In this document: positions 1 through 9,529 of the stretch, piece after piece
Position numbering within the stretch: the stretch's first letter is position 1
Layout: each line of letters begins with the position of its first letter
Assembly (NCBI GenBank): GCA_027493445.1
Contig: JAOSKU010000001.1
Coordinates: 1,136,715-1,200,714 of the forward strand
Length of the DNA: 64,000 nt
Source: Thermoleophilia bacterium
GTDB taxonomy: Bacteria > Actinomycetota > Thermoleophilia > RBG-16-64-13
Reading direction: 5' to 3'
The notes under the pieces: model-generated
What the model saw: only the letters and a program-made list of their open reading frames with translations
Database searches by the model: none
Told to the model about the DNA's origin: nothing
Translations under genes and position numbers: made by a program

Positions 1-200
1 AAGTCGACCGTCTGCACCAGCGCGAGGTCGTCGCTCAGTTTGTAGACGGCGGCGTCGTCGGAGGTTCCGGTGCCGACGAGCAGGTTCGGATCCAACGAGG
101 GCGGCAGCAGTGCAATAACCTGCCCCAAGTCCTTGGGGCCGATCTTGCACGCTCAGCCGGAGCCGTGGGAGAGCGTAGTCAGGCGCGGAAGCTCGTTCAT
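1..200 (-). CDS. selD: Selenide, water dikinase SelD (selenoprotein; N-terminal part, runs off the window edge)
   Basis: Manual translation from ATG 200: [69 protein letters not shown]. This is the SelD G(C/U)xCK motif, with TGA (153-155) at the catalytic position. RBS AGGAGG at 205-210. Absent from the ORF track. Confidence 0.96.
122..139 (-). promoter_or_regulatory. Putative bacterial SECIS hairpin of selD
   Basis: GCCCCAA-GGAC-TTGGGGC perfect stem starting 13 nt after the in-frame UGA. Confidence 0.8.
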
Positions 201-382
201 GGCACCTCCTTTCCACTGTGCGGCTCACCGCTCGTCGCAGCGCCCGGCCGGGCGCGGAGATGCGGAGGGGACTGGGAGAAACTACCAGAGAACCGGCCAC
301 CCTGCCACCAGCAGGACCTTCAGGTGAGATCCACACCGGCCGGGAAAGCTCCCCCTCTCAGTTGGGCTGCCCCGCCTTGCTC

Positions 383-416
383 TTGATACTCATACGTACT
401 TGCGATAGGTTTGCAT
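383..416 (+). promoter_or_regulatory. Sigma70-type promoter with overlapping Fur/Nur-type operator
   Basis: TTGATA(383-388)-17 nt-TAGGTT(406-411). TTGCGA-N5-TTGCAT (400-416) resembles the actinobacterial Nur box (TTGCAA-N5-TTGCAA). ATG follows at 422. Confidence 0.55.
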
Positions 417-421
417 ATGCG

Positions 422-871
422 ATGAGTCATCACGCGACGCGAACGCTCCGAGAGCTCGGCTACCGGCTGACCCCCCAGAGAACTCTAGTCTGGGACGCCC
501 TCAGAGAGGCGGGGGGCCACCTGGGCGCCGAGGAGATCTGCGCGCTGGTTCAGAGCCGCTTCCCCAACGTCAACATCTCCACCGTCTACCGCACGCTGGA
601 ACTGCTGGTGGAGCTTCAATTGGTGCGCGAAACCCTCCTCGGACCGGATCGCCGCTACTACGAGATCGAGGAAGACGAGCCCCACCACCACCTGGTCTGC
701 GACCGCTGCGGCGCCGTGCAGCACGTGCACGACGAGGATCTGGGAGGATTGCGCGCCGCCCTGGAGCAGAGGCAAGGGTTCCGCGTGCGCGAGCTGACGA
801 CCTTCGGACTATGCGCCGCCTGCAACGGGCAGGCCGAACCCAACGCAGGAGGGGGCCATGCACATTCCTGA
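422..871 (+). CDS. Fur-family metal-responsive regulator (Nur/Zur-like)
   Basis: RLTPQR, STVYRTL, HHHLVCDRCG and GLCAAC motifs. Start taken at ATG 422 inside the 218..871 ORF. Confidence 0.92.
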   Translation: MSHHATRTLRELGYRLTPQRTLVWDALREAGGHLGAEEICALVQSRFPNVNISTVYRTLELLVELQLVRETLLGPDRRYYEIEEDEPHHHLVCDRCGAVQHVHDEDLGGLRAALEQRQGFRVRELTTFGLCAACNGQAEPNAGGGHAHS

Positions 872-2015
872 CGGGTTTGTGAACGCGCCCACGGCGCTGG
901 CCACCGGTGCGGTCTCGCTGGGGGCGGTAACCCTGGCCCTGCGGCGGGCCGGCCGCAATCTAGGCGAGCGCACGGTGCCCTTGCTGGGTGTGACCGCCGC
1001 GTTCGTCTTCGCCGCCCAGATGCTCAACTTCCCCGTGGCGGCCGGCACGAGCGGGCACTTTCTGGGAGCGGTGCTGGCTGCGGTACTCATCGGCCCGTGG
1101 GCGGCCGTGGTCGTGATGACGGTGGTGCTGGCGGTACAGGCCGTGGGCATGGCCGACGGTGGCATCACCGCCCTGGGAGCGAACGTCTTCAACATGGCGG
1201 TGGTAGCGGGCCTGGGCGGCTACCTAGCCTTCCGCGTTCTGAAAGCCGTTCTCCCTCGAAGCATGACCGGCTACTTCGCCGCCGTGGCCGCCTCTTCGTG
1301 GCTTTCGGTGGTGGTCAGCGCCGCCGTGGTCTCTCTGGAGCTGGCCGCCTCAGGGACCGTGCCCCTGTCGGTGAGCCTGGCCGCCATGACCTCGGTGCAC
1401 ATGATCATCGGCCTGGGGGAGGCGCTCATCACCTCGACCGTGCTGGCTGCCGTCCTGGCCTCCCGACCCGACCTGGTTTCGTCTCCGCCCGCCGACGCGG
1501 CCACCCGGCACGGCACAGGTGGCCCGGCCGGATCTCCCTTTGGTCGCAGGGGTCGGCCGGCCGGCTTCGTCTTGGGGGCCGTGGTGGTCGCCCTGGCATT
1601 GGCCGTGCTGGTGGCCCCTTTCGCCTCTTCGGCGCCTGACGGCCTCGAAAGGGTCGCCGCCGACAAGGGCTTCGGCCAGGCCGCGCGGGAGCCCATCTGG
1701 CGCTTCTCCCCCTTGACCGAGTACAGCCTCCCCGGCATTGCCGACGAGCGGCTGGCCACGTCTCTTGCCGGGCTCCTGGGTGTGGTCGCCCTGCTGGGCG
1801 TGATCCTTCTGGTCGGAAGGGCCTTCGGGCGGAGTCGGCCGCGGGTCGCGCGGCCGGATACCGCCCCCGGCCTCCATCCCATGGCCGGTCACGAGCACAC
1901 CGACCACCGGCACTCGGGTCACACCCACCGCCACCATGTCCACGTGACCGATGCCCCCGGCACGGGCCCCGATCCCGACCACCTCCACGAGGAACCACCA
2001 GGACCGGCACGATGA
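858..2015 (+). CDS. cbiM: ECF Ni/Co transporter S component, CbiM/NikM fused to a PDGLE (NikN) domain, with His-rich tail
   Basis: N-terminal MHIPDG, GTSGH, PDGLE motif, C-terminal HEHTDHRHSGHTHRHHVH. Confidence 0.9.
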   Translation: MHIPDGFVNAPTALATGAVSLGAVTLALRRAGRNLGERTVPLLGVTAAFVFAAQMLNFPVAAGTSGHFLGAVLAAVLIGPWAAVVVMTVVLAVQAVGMADGGITALGANVFNMAVVAGLGGYLAFRVLKAVLPRSMTGYFAAVAASSWLSVVVSAAVVSLELAASGTVPLSVSLAAMTSVHMIIGLGEALITSTVLAAVLASRPDLVSSPPADAATRHGTGGPAGSPFGRRGRPAGFVLGAVVVALALAVLVAPFASSAPDGLERVAADKGFGQAAREPIWRFSPLTEYSLPGIADERLATSLAGLLGVVALLGVILLVGRAFGRSRPRVARPDTAPGLHPMAGHEHTDHRHSGHTHRHHVHVTDAPGTGPDPDHLHEEPPGPAR

Positions 2016-2776
2016 GCGGAGCGCACCATTTTCTCACCGAGGCTCAGTACGGCGATAGTCTGGTACACCGGCTCGACCCCCGGGTCAAGATCATGGGCCT
2101 CATGGGGCTCACAGTGGTCTCCGTGAGTACGCCGGCGGACGCCGTTTGGGCCTTCGCCTCTTACCTCGGGGTGCTTCTGTTCCTACTGGGCCTTTCCCGG
2201 CTGCCGCTTGTCCTGGTGCTTCGTAGGGTGGCGCTGGTGCTGCCTTTCATACTCATGGTGGCCGTGTTTCTGCCTTTCTTCGGGCGAGCGGGGGGTGGCG
2301 GCTACAACGTAGGGAGCGTCCGGATCTCCGGCGCCGGGCTGCTGGTGCTCTGGAACGTGACCGCCAAGGCCACCGTCGGCGTCACGGCCATGACGCTGCT
2401 CGCCTCGACCACCTCTTTCCCCGAGCTTGTGGCCGGACTCGAGCGGCTGCGCACGCCCCGGCTGTTCACGCTGATCGTCTCCTTCATGTACCGCTACAGC
2501 TTTCTGTTCGTGGAGGAGTTTCGCCGCATGCGCCGGGCCATGGAGGCGCGCAACTTCCAGGGCCGCTGGCTGTGGCAGGCGGGCATCGTGGGCCACATGG
2601 TGAGCTCGCTCTTCCTGCGCAGTTACCAGCGTGGAGAGCGCGTCTACCTGGCCATGGTCAGCCGCGGTTACGATGGCAGCATGCGGGCCTCGGCCCCCCT
2701 AGCCCTCCGCCGCGCCGACGCCGCCTTCATCACAGGTCTGGCCACCGTGCTGCTCGCTGTCCGGATCACCGCCTGA
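2012..2776 (+). CDS. cbiQ: ECF transporter T component CbiQ/NikQ
   Basis: HRLDPRVK, MYRY, AMEARNF and AMVSRGY motifs; operon position. Confidence 0.92.
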   Translation: MSGAHHFLTEAQYGDSLVHRLDPRVKIMGLMGLTVVSVSTPADAVWAFASYLGVLLFLLGLSRLPLVLVLRRVALVLPFILMVAVFLPFFGRAGGGGYNVGSVRISGAGLLVLWNVTAKATVGVTAMTLLASTTSFPELVAGLERLRTPRLFTLIVSFMYRYSFLFVEEFRRMRRAMEARNFQGRWLWQAGIVGHMVSSLFLRSYQRGERVYLAMVSRGYDGSMRASAPLALRRADAAFITGLATVLLAVRITA

Positions 2777-2782
2777 CGCGCC

Positions 2783-3526
2783 ATGGAACCGGCCGCCGTC
2801 GACATCGTAGACCTGCACTTCAGCTATCCCGACGGGACACCCGCCCTGTGCGGAGTCAATCTGCGGGTGCAGGCGGGCGAGTCGGTGGCCGTGATCGGCC
2901 CGAATGGGGCAGGCAAGTCGACCCTCCTGCTCCACCTAAACGGCATCCTGCGGGGCCAGGGCCAGGTATGCATCTTCGGCGTGCGGGTCCAGGACGGCAC
3001 CCTGCGCGAGATCCGGCGCCGGGTGGGCGTGGTCTTCCAGGACCCCGATGACCAGCTCTTCCTCACCAGTGTGGCCCAGGACGTGGCCTTCGGTCCCAGC
3101 AACATGAGGCTCTCTGAGGAGGAGATCGCGCGGCGCGTGCACGAATCCCTGGCCGCCGTGGACATGCAGGCCTTCGGCGATCGGGCGGCTCACCACCTCT
3201 CCTTCGGCCAAAAGAAGCGGGTGGCTACGGCCACCGTCCTCTCCATGCAGCCCGACCTTCTGGTTCTCGACGAGCCCTCGGCTAACCTGGACCCTCGAGC
3301 TCGGCGCCAGCTGGTGCGGATTCTGCGGGGGCTCCCGGTGACCAAGATCATCGTCACCCACGACTTGCCCTACGCGTACGAGATATGCGAACGGGCGGTG
3401 ATCCTGTCGGGAGGCCGAGTGGCGGCAGACGGGCCCATCGACGATATCCTGGGCGACGGCGAGCTTCTCGACAGCCACGACCTGGAACTCCCCTACGGCT
3501 TCGCCGTCGCCGGAGCGCGCTCATGA
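2783..3526 (+). CDS. cbiO: ECF transporter ATPase CbiO/NikO
   Basis: GPNGAGKST, FQDPDDQL, LSFGQKKR, LVLDEP. Confidence 0.93.
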   Translation: MEPAAVDIVDLHFSYPDGTPALCGVNLRVQAGESVAVIGPNGAGKSTLLLHLNGILRGQGQVCIFGVRVQDGTLREIRRRVGVVFQDPDDQLFLTSVAQDVAFGPSNMRLSEEEIARRVHESLAAVDMQAFGDRAAHHLSFGQKKRVATATVLSMQPDLLVLDEPSANLDPRARRQLVRILRGLPVTKIIVTHDLPYAYEICERAVILSGGRVAADGPIDDILGDGELLDSHDLELPYGFAVAGARS

Positions 3527-4047
3527 ACGGCAGCCAAGGGCGCTCCCACCAGCCCTCGCTCGAACACGGAGCGGCCTTCTCCGCGGTGGTGCTCACCACG
3601 ACCGGCCTCTATTGGAAGCTTTCCGGCACCTTCGCCCGACTCAAGGGCTGGATGGCATCCGCGGGTGTGCAGCCGGACGGACCCGCTCTGGGCATCTTCT
3701 ATGACGACCCCACCATGACGCCTCCCGAGCAGTGCCGCTACAGCATCGCCTACCCGCTCACCCCCGCCGGCGTTGCGGCCGCCGGGCAGGCCTTGGGGCG
3801 GGTGCCGGTGGAACCCGGCGACACGCTGGAGGTAGCCCACTTCCCGGAAGGCCCCGTGGCCGTACTCACGTACGAAGGCCCAGCCGCGGACTCCCCGTCG
3901 GCCTACATCCGCCTGGCGGAGTGGGTCGAAAGCCAGGGCCTCCGCCCGTCCAGGCCTCCTCAGGAGCGCTACCTGGCCGAGCCGGGCACGCTGAGCAAGG
4001 GGCTCATGCGGGCGGAGCTGCGCCAGCCGGTGGCTCCTGGGGGATGA
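3523..4047 (+). CDS. GyrI-like small-molecule-binding domain protein
   Basis: GPALGIFYDDP...CRY, YEGP...AY..LAEW, ERYL motifs. ATG 3523 overlaps the cbiO stop (ATGA). Confidence 0.75.
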   Translation: MNGSQGRSHQPSLEHGAAFSAVVLTTTGLYWKLSGTFARLKGWMASAGVQPDGPALGIFYDDPTMTPPEQCRYSIAYPLTPAGVAAAGQALGRVPVEPGDTLEVAHFPEGPVAVLTYEGPAADSPSAYIRLAEWVESQGLRPSRPPQERYLAEPGTLSKGLMRAELRQPVAPGG

Positions 4048-4219
4048 CGATCCAGAGCACCAGGTAGGCGAGCACACCGGCCCCGCCGAGCAAGGTGACG
4101 AGCACCCACAGAAGGCGTATCACCGTGACGTCGATGCCCAGGTAGTCGGCTACTCCTCCGCAGACGCCGCCGATCATCTTCTCCGTCCGAGATCGGTACA
4201 GTCTTTTCCCGCTGCTCAT
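4004..4219 (-). CDS. pspC: PspC domain protein
   Basis: MSSGKRLYRSRTEKMIGGVCGGVADYLGIDVTVIRLLWV...YLVLWIVIP. Confidence 0.9.
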   Translation of the reverse strand: MSSGKRLYRSRTEKMIGGVCGGVADYLGIDVTVIRLLWVLVTLLGGAGVLAYLVLWIVIPQEPPAGAAPPA

Positions 4220-4362
4220 ACCCGTCCTTCCCTTAAGGCCGCAGAAACCCTCGCGTATCCCAGGATCGGCTCCCTTGACCATTGAGCTACCGCCGGAGAG
4301 CGCCGGGGAAACCCGGCCGGCCGGCAAACGCCCCCGTAGCCCCCGAACAACGTCCGGCGGCC

Positions 4363-5334
4363 TCACTCATCGCTGGTGGTACTCCCGCTTCCCAGCCGTC
4401 CGGCATGTGCGAGCAACGGCCGCCCGGTTTCTGGACAGAAGTCGCTGAAAACCGGGTGACGACCGCCGCAGTGGGAGCAGGCCTCACGCACGAGTTTGCC
4501 GCACGCCGGGCAGTGAGCGGAAGCCTGTTCCAGCGGGTGGCCGCAGTGCGGGCAGCCGCCGTGACGCAGCCGGTACCTCCCGATCCGTGCCGGAGCCAGG
4601 AGGTATCGCTTCAGAGCCACCAGGGCCGCGACCGTCCCCGCGACCCCGGCCACAGAGATGACAAGGGGGGCAAAATCGGATAGGTGGTGCCAGGCGTAAT
4701 CCCCCGCCATCACGACCATCTGGATGCTGGCAAAGACAAGGAAAGCCAGGCCCATGGCTTCGTAGCGGGACTCGCGGCGCTGCAGAGTCTTCCAGACGAG
4801 GAGGGCCACGGCGAAAGCGGCCAGCAGGTAGGCCAGGCGTAAGCCGGCCGATTTGGCATAGTACGAGAGCGTCGCTCGCTCGTAGCTCGTTTCCACCCGG
4901 CGCAGGCGCGGCTCCAGATCCGTCCGGGCGGCCCCCACATCGGCGCGCGACTGCCCGACCAGGACCTTCGCGCCGGCGACGCGAGCAACCGCCGCCTCAT
5001 AGGCCGCCCGCGCTCCATCGAGTGCCGCTTTCAAGGAGGGGTCGTTGTCGCCCGCTTCTAGAGCCGTGCGGTACTCTTCCCGCCGGTACTCGTACTCACG
5101 AGTTGCGTCGGCGAGAACCTGGGACCCTTCTTCAGCCCGGCGCTCCCGTCCGGCGAGCGCCTGTTCCGCCGCAGCCAGGGCGGCCTGGGCGGCCGGAACA
5201 CCCTCCGCGACCTCGAAGGCGATGCGGTCCGGTCGAGTGAAGTAATCGTCCAGCCGCTCGTAGAGCCATAGTCCGCCAACCAGCAGGAACCCCACGAGCA
5301 GGACGGCGAGCACTCGCTCGGCCATCGTGCTCAC
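4363..5334 (-). CDS. Membrane protein with coiled coil and C-terminal double zinc ribbon
   Basis: N-terminal TM, Ala/Glu/Arg heptads, three TMs, then CPHC/CPAC/CSHC/CPET. GTG 5334 follows AGGAGG. Confidence 0.75.
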   Translation of the reverse strand: MSTMAERVLAVLLVGFLLVGGLWLYERLDDYFTRPDRIAFEVAEGVPAAQAALAAAEQALAGRERRAEEGSQVLADATREYEYRREEYRTALEAGDNDPSLKAALDGARAAYEAAVARVAGAKVLVGQSRADVGAARTDLEPRLRRVETSYERATLSYYAKSAGLRLAYLLAAFAVALLVWKTLQRRESRYEAMGLAFLVFASIQMVVMAGDYAWHHLSDFAPLVISVAGVAGTVAALVALKRYLLAPARIGRYRLRHGGCPHCGHPLEQASAHCPACGKLVREACSHCGGRHPVFSDFCPETGRPLLAHAGRLGSGSTTSDE

Positions 5335-5391
5335 GGAATACCTCCTAGAGAACCCGACAGAGGCCGGCGTCGGCTCCGGCATCCGTCTGGC

Positions 5392-5634
5392 TCACGCCTG
5401 CCCCAGATCCTCGTAGGTCTGCTCGAAGTCGCACTGGGGGCACTGGTAGAGCTTCTCGCCTGTGCCGGCCACCATGATCTCCAGATCGACCTGGCAGCTC
5501 GGACAGATACCCGCGGCCATCATGCACTCAGGCGCGGTGCACAGGTACTTGGTCTCACCTCCGGGACCGGTGAGCAGAACCTCGGCCTCGTGCTCGTCGC
5601 AGTTCTCGCAGTAGTGGATGTCCACCGTGCTCAT
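5392..5634 (-). CDS. Small Cys-rich (double zinc-ribbon-like) protein
   Basis: CENC, CTAPEC, CPSC, CPQC; AAGGAG RBS before ATG 5634. Confidence 0.75.
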   Translation of the reverse strand: MSTVDIHYCENCDEHEAEVLLTGPGGETKYLCTAPECMMAAGICPSCQVDLEIMVAGTGEKLYQCPQCDFEQTYEDLGQA

Positions 5635-5688
5635 CTCCTTCGTGGTCGAGCGTCCCGGCACGCGCGCGGGCGGGGACGGCTGCGGGCG

Positions 5689-5883
5689 CTACTTCTCGAT
5701 GATCTCCTCTTTGTAGAGATCGGTCTTGAACATCACGCACTCCGGATTGACACAGAACCAGACGCGGTAGGTGTCGCACTCTCCCGTGGCCCGGCTGCCG
5801 GTCATGCCGGTGCGTTCCTCTTCCTCCACCCTGTCGGCCAGCGGTCTGCCACAGTTGATGCAGGTCTTCAGATCGGCTGTCAC
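5689..5883 (-). CDS. Small zinc-ribbon-like protein
   Basis: GTG 5883 after a purine-rich RBS: TADLKTCINCGRPL...WFCVNPEC. Confidence 0.65.
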   Translation of the reverse strand: MTADLKTCINCGRPLADRVEEEERTGMTGSRATGECDTYRVWFCVNPECVMFKTDLYKEEIIEK

Positions 5884-6063
5884 CCGGCCCCCTTCCCTCG
5901 ACGCGACTCCACATGCCCATGGTAGCATCCACGCTTGGGCGCGGTGCCTCCGCCGGCTGCACACACCTTGGCTCGGCTCGCCAGCGCACGATAGAATGCC
6001 CCGCATACCGGAGCCCGCCGACGCATCGCGGACGGACCCGGAGCCGGCCACGGGGGTACGGAC

Positions 6064-6651
6064 ATGATCTTGTCGGATCGCGACATACGAACCGCCCTGC
6101 AGCGGGGCGACATCGGCCTCGAACCCTTCGAACCGGCTTTCCTACAGCCGGCCAGCATCGACATCCGGGTCGACCATCGCTTCCGCATCTTCTCCAACCA
6201 CCGCTACACCTGCATCGACCCCCGCGAGTGTCAGGAGGAACTGACCGAGGTGATCACCGTGGCTGAGGGGGGCGTATTCATCCTCCACCCGGGGGAGTTC
6301 GTGCTGGGCTCCACACTCGAGCGCGTGACGGTGGGAACCGACCATGTCGCCCGCCTGGAGGGCAAGAGCTCCCTGGGGCGTCTGGGCCTGCTCTGCCACG
6401 CCACGGCCGGCTGGATCGATCCCGGCTTCACCGGGCACATCACCCTAGAACTCTCGAACGTGGCCAATCTGCCCATCAAGATCTACCCGAGCATGCCCAT
6501 CGGCCAGCTCTCCTTCGCCCGCCTCTCGTCACCGGCGGATCGACCCTACGGCAGCGAAGGCACCCGAAGCAAGTACCAGGGGCAGGAAGGTCCCACCGAA
6601 TCCCGCATGTGGGCCAACTTTACCCCCGACTCTCCGGGGGAACCACGGTGA
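6064..6651 (+). CDS. dcd: dCTP deaminase
   Basis: [45 protein letters not shown]. Confidence 0.96.
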   Translation: MILSDRDIRTALQRGDIGLEPFEPAFLQPASIDIRVDHRFRIFSNHRYTCIDPRECQEELTEVITVAEGGVFILHPGEFVLGSTLERVTVGTDHVARLEGKSSLGRLGLLCHATAGWIDPGFTGHITLELSNVANLPIKIYPSMPIGQLSFARLSSPADRPYGSEGTRSKYQGQEGPTESRMWANFTPDSPGEPR

Positions 6652-7490
6652 TTCCCCCGATCGCGAGCCCCCTCGCCGGGCTCGAGCGGCGCCTGCGCAC
6701 TCTGACCGGCAGTTGCGGGATGCACGCTCTGGGCATCGCCGACATGACGCCCGAGCCGGTGCAGGCCGCCGTGGCGGCCACCGGGGGTCGGTGGCTCTCG
6801 GCCTTTCCCCGCGCGGTCTCCGTCGTGTTTCGACTACAGAACGCCATCGTCGAAGAGCTCCCCGACCACCACCGGGAAAAGGCCCTTGCCCGTCTGTACG
6901 AGTTCCACATCTACAGGGTGGGCAACCCGCACCTCGACCAGGTGGCCACCAGAATCGCCACGGAAATTCAGGAGGCGGGGTATCGAGCGGTACCGGTGCC
7001 CACCTCGGTCGCGGTCGACGGAGGAAGCGGCACGGGAGGCTTCTTGGGCGCCGTGTCACACAAGATGGCCGCCCATCTGAGCGGCCTTGGCTGGATCGGC
7101 CGGAGCTGCTTGCTTGTGACTCCCGACGTCGGACCCCGGGTACGCTTGGCCACCGTCATGACCGACGCCCCCTTCGCGGCAAGAACGCCGGCGGACGCCG
7201 GCTGCGGCCGCTGCCGCATCTGCGTGCGGGCCTGCCCGGCGCAGGCTTTCTCCGGCAAAGCCTTCGACCCGGCCGACCCCATCGAAGCCCGCATGGATGT
7301 GCGCGCTTGCGAGGCCTACCGGCAGGAGGCCAAGACTCTCACCGGGGTACCCATGTGCGGCGTGTGCGTAGCGGTCTGCCCCCACGGAAAGCCCGGCAGA
7401 AGACTTACGCCTCCTCCCGCACCCCCAGGCGCCGGCCGATATCGCGCGCCACCTCCCGGGCCGAGGGGAAGTCGTGAATCTCCCCTTTAG
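6648..7490 (+). CDS. 4Fe-4S protein of the epoxyqueuosine reductase / reductive dehalogenase-like family
   Basis: [47 protein letters not shown] overlaps the dcd stop. Confidence 0.8.
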   Translation: MIPPIASPLAGLERRLRTLTGSCGMHALGIADMTPEPVQAAVAATGGRWLSAFPRAVSVVFRLQNAIVEELPDHHREKALARLYEFHIYRVGNPHLDQVATRIATEIQEAGYRAVPVPTSVAVDGGSGTGGFLGAVSHKMAAHLSGLGWIGRSCLLVTPDVGPRVRLATVMTDAPFAARTPADAGCGRCRICVRACPAQAFSGKAFDPADPIEARMDVRACEAYRQEAKTLTGVPMCGVCVAVCPHGKPGRRLTPPPAPPGAGRYRAPPPGPRGSRESPL

Positions 7491-7995
7491 CGTCCACGCC
7501 TGGACAGAGAAGCTCGCCTGCCGGCTCCACCTCGAGCACGTGCCAGAAGTATCTCATGACCTGGCGGGCCCCGTCGAAAACCGTCGAATAGGTGGTGCCG
7601 GCGCAGCATAGGAAGCCCCCCAAACGCCGGGGCCGCCCCGGTTCGATGAGCGGCCGGCGCAGGACGTACTTGATGGCCCAGAAAGGCTGGCAGCGATCGA
7701 TCATGGCCTTGGCCTGGGCGGCCAGGCCCATGGAGAAGATCGGCGCCGCCAGGATGATGCTGTCCGCCCCACGCAGCAGAGGATAAAGCTCTTCCATGCC
7801 GTCTTCCACGATGCAGGCACCCCCGTCGAAACACCCGTCGCAGGCGATGCACGGATTGACTTCGAGCTCGCGCAGGCGCAGCTTGGTCACTTCGGCGCCG
7901 GCCTCGCCGGCCGCTTCCAGGGCCCAGTCGAGCAGGGTCTCTGTGTTTCCCTTGCGTCGAGGGCTGGTGGCCAGGCCCAGGACCTTCACGCTCAC
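7405..7995 (-). CDS. Iron-sulfur flavoprotein / NADPH-dependent FMN reductase family
   Basis: SPRRKGNT, PCIACDGC...C, APIF, KAMIDR. Confidence 0.88.
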   Translation of the reverse strand: MSVKVLGLATSPRRKGNTETLLDWALEAAGEAGAEVTKLRLRELEVNPCIACDGCFDGGACIVEDGMEELYPLLRGADSIILAAPIFSMGLAAQAKAMIDRCQPFWAIKYVLRRPLIEPGRPRRLGGFLCCAGTTYSTVFDGARQVMRYFWHVLEVEPAGELLCPGVDAKGEIHDFPSAREVARDIGRRLGVREEA

Positions 7996-8002
7996 CGGAG
8001 GC

Positions 8003-9356
8003 TCACTTCGGAACCCGAGCCCTGAAGCCCACATCGCCTTGCTGCAGAGTCAGGTCGGTCCCGCACACCGGGCACGTAACCAGATCGCCCTCGCGGGCCC
8101 CCTCGCCAGCTGGATCTCATGCTTGCAGACCGGGCACTGGACTCCTTGGTAAGCCGTGCGGTAGGTCAGATCGAACATCTGGTGGAGCAGGCCGGAAGGC
8201 AGCTGGTCTTTGCGCAAGCCCCGCTGGATGGCCTCCTCCAAGGCACCGGCTTCGGCGATGCTGCCCAGCAGCAAGGCTCCGACCAGCACCTCGTCCCGGT
8301 CGAAGATCAGCTTCTTGTAGAACTCGCCGACGGGATAGTCCCCCCGCATCTCGCTCAGGCCGGAGCGGTAGGCGGCGACCGTCTGGCCGAGGGCCACCAG
8401 ACTCAGGCCCAGCACCTGCATGTTGAGCACGTCGATCTCGGAGCCCCCTCGACAGCGTCGCCGGCGAGCGCCGCTCCAGCGGCCGCACCCTGCCGCCATG
8501 AGCGCAGCCAGTTGAAGTAGTTCTTGGCGCTGCCCACGGTCACGTCGCCCGCGGCGTAGATACCTTGCCATGGCGTGGCGAAGCGGGCGTCGACCTTGAA
8601 ACCGAAGCCCTCCTCGGGGAGGAAATCTACGGCCGGCGTGTACTCCGCACATACTCCAACGACGTCGGCCAACACTTTGTCGCCCCCGGCCAGGACCAGG
8701 CCCACCGCGCGGCCGTCGCGCCCTTCCACGGCCTCGACGGCCGCTCCCAGCACCAGCTCGGCGCCGCTGGCCCGTACGCGGGCGGCCGCGATCTCAGCGG
8801 CATCTTGGTCCAGGACCTCCGGCCATAGACGCTCGGTGGGCACGAGGTAGGTGGTTTTGAAGCCCGCTCCGGTCAGCGCCCGCACCATCTCGAGGGCCAC
8901 CAGACCGTTCCCGTAGACCAGACCGGTCTGGCCGGCCCCGTCAAGCCCGCGGATCGCCCGGGCCTCGTCCAAGGTCTTGAAGCAGTTGATGCCGGCCAAG
9001 TCGCCGCCCTGGAGGCCTCCCGCCGAAAGGCGGCGGCCGGTGGCCACCAGCATGGCGTCGTAGGAAAGGGTCGTCCCGTCCCCGAAAGTGACCTTTTGTG
9101 CGGCGACGTCCACTCCGGCCACCCGGCTCGAGAGGCGCACATCCAGGCGCTGCTCCTGATAGAACTCCTTCCGCTTCCCCCAAAGACGCGCTTCACCCAC
9201 CGATCCCGAGGCAAAGTCGGCTAGTTGGGGACGGCGGTAGAACGGATAGGCCTCTTCGGTCACCACCGTGATCTCCGCGTCATCCCGGCGTCGCCGAAGC
9301 ATTTCGGCCGCCCGCATTCCGGTGACGCCGTTCCCGACGATGAGGTACCTCGCCAT
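8003..9356 (-). CDS. FAD/NAD(P)H oxidoreductase (NirB / rubredoxin-reductase-like) with C-terminal CPVC...CPVC ribbon; two apparent frameshifts
   Basis: IVGNGVTG, ATG and IYAAGD motifs. The frame continues after a G-run near 8445 (YKKLIFD...LVGALLLG) and again after a G-run near 8100 (GAREGDLVTCPVCGTDLTL...VPK*). Confidence 0.8.
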
Positions 9357-9529
9357 CCCCGCACTCCTTCCCTCGGACGATCCACTGCTCCCGCAACATG
9401 CCTAGTGTACCAGCCGACCCCCGCCCGGTCAGACCGAACACGAGGATCGGAACCCCCACCGGGAGGTTCTGTGCGTTGGCATAAACAAAACCCCTTGTGC
9501 AGCCGGCCCTGTTCCGTTACACTGCCTAC

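Noticed and set aside
260-380. TPP, glycine, Moco or NiCo riboswitch, or tRNA-Sec, upstream of selD/fur
   Set aside because: Only isolated words match (CTGAGA, ACCTGA, CTTCA); the conserved cores and a cloverleaf could not be built.
6648-7490. Calling this gene queG or a reductive dehalogenase
   Set aside because: Only the shared Fe-S/cobalamin-fold motifs are visible; nothing discriminates the specific function.
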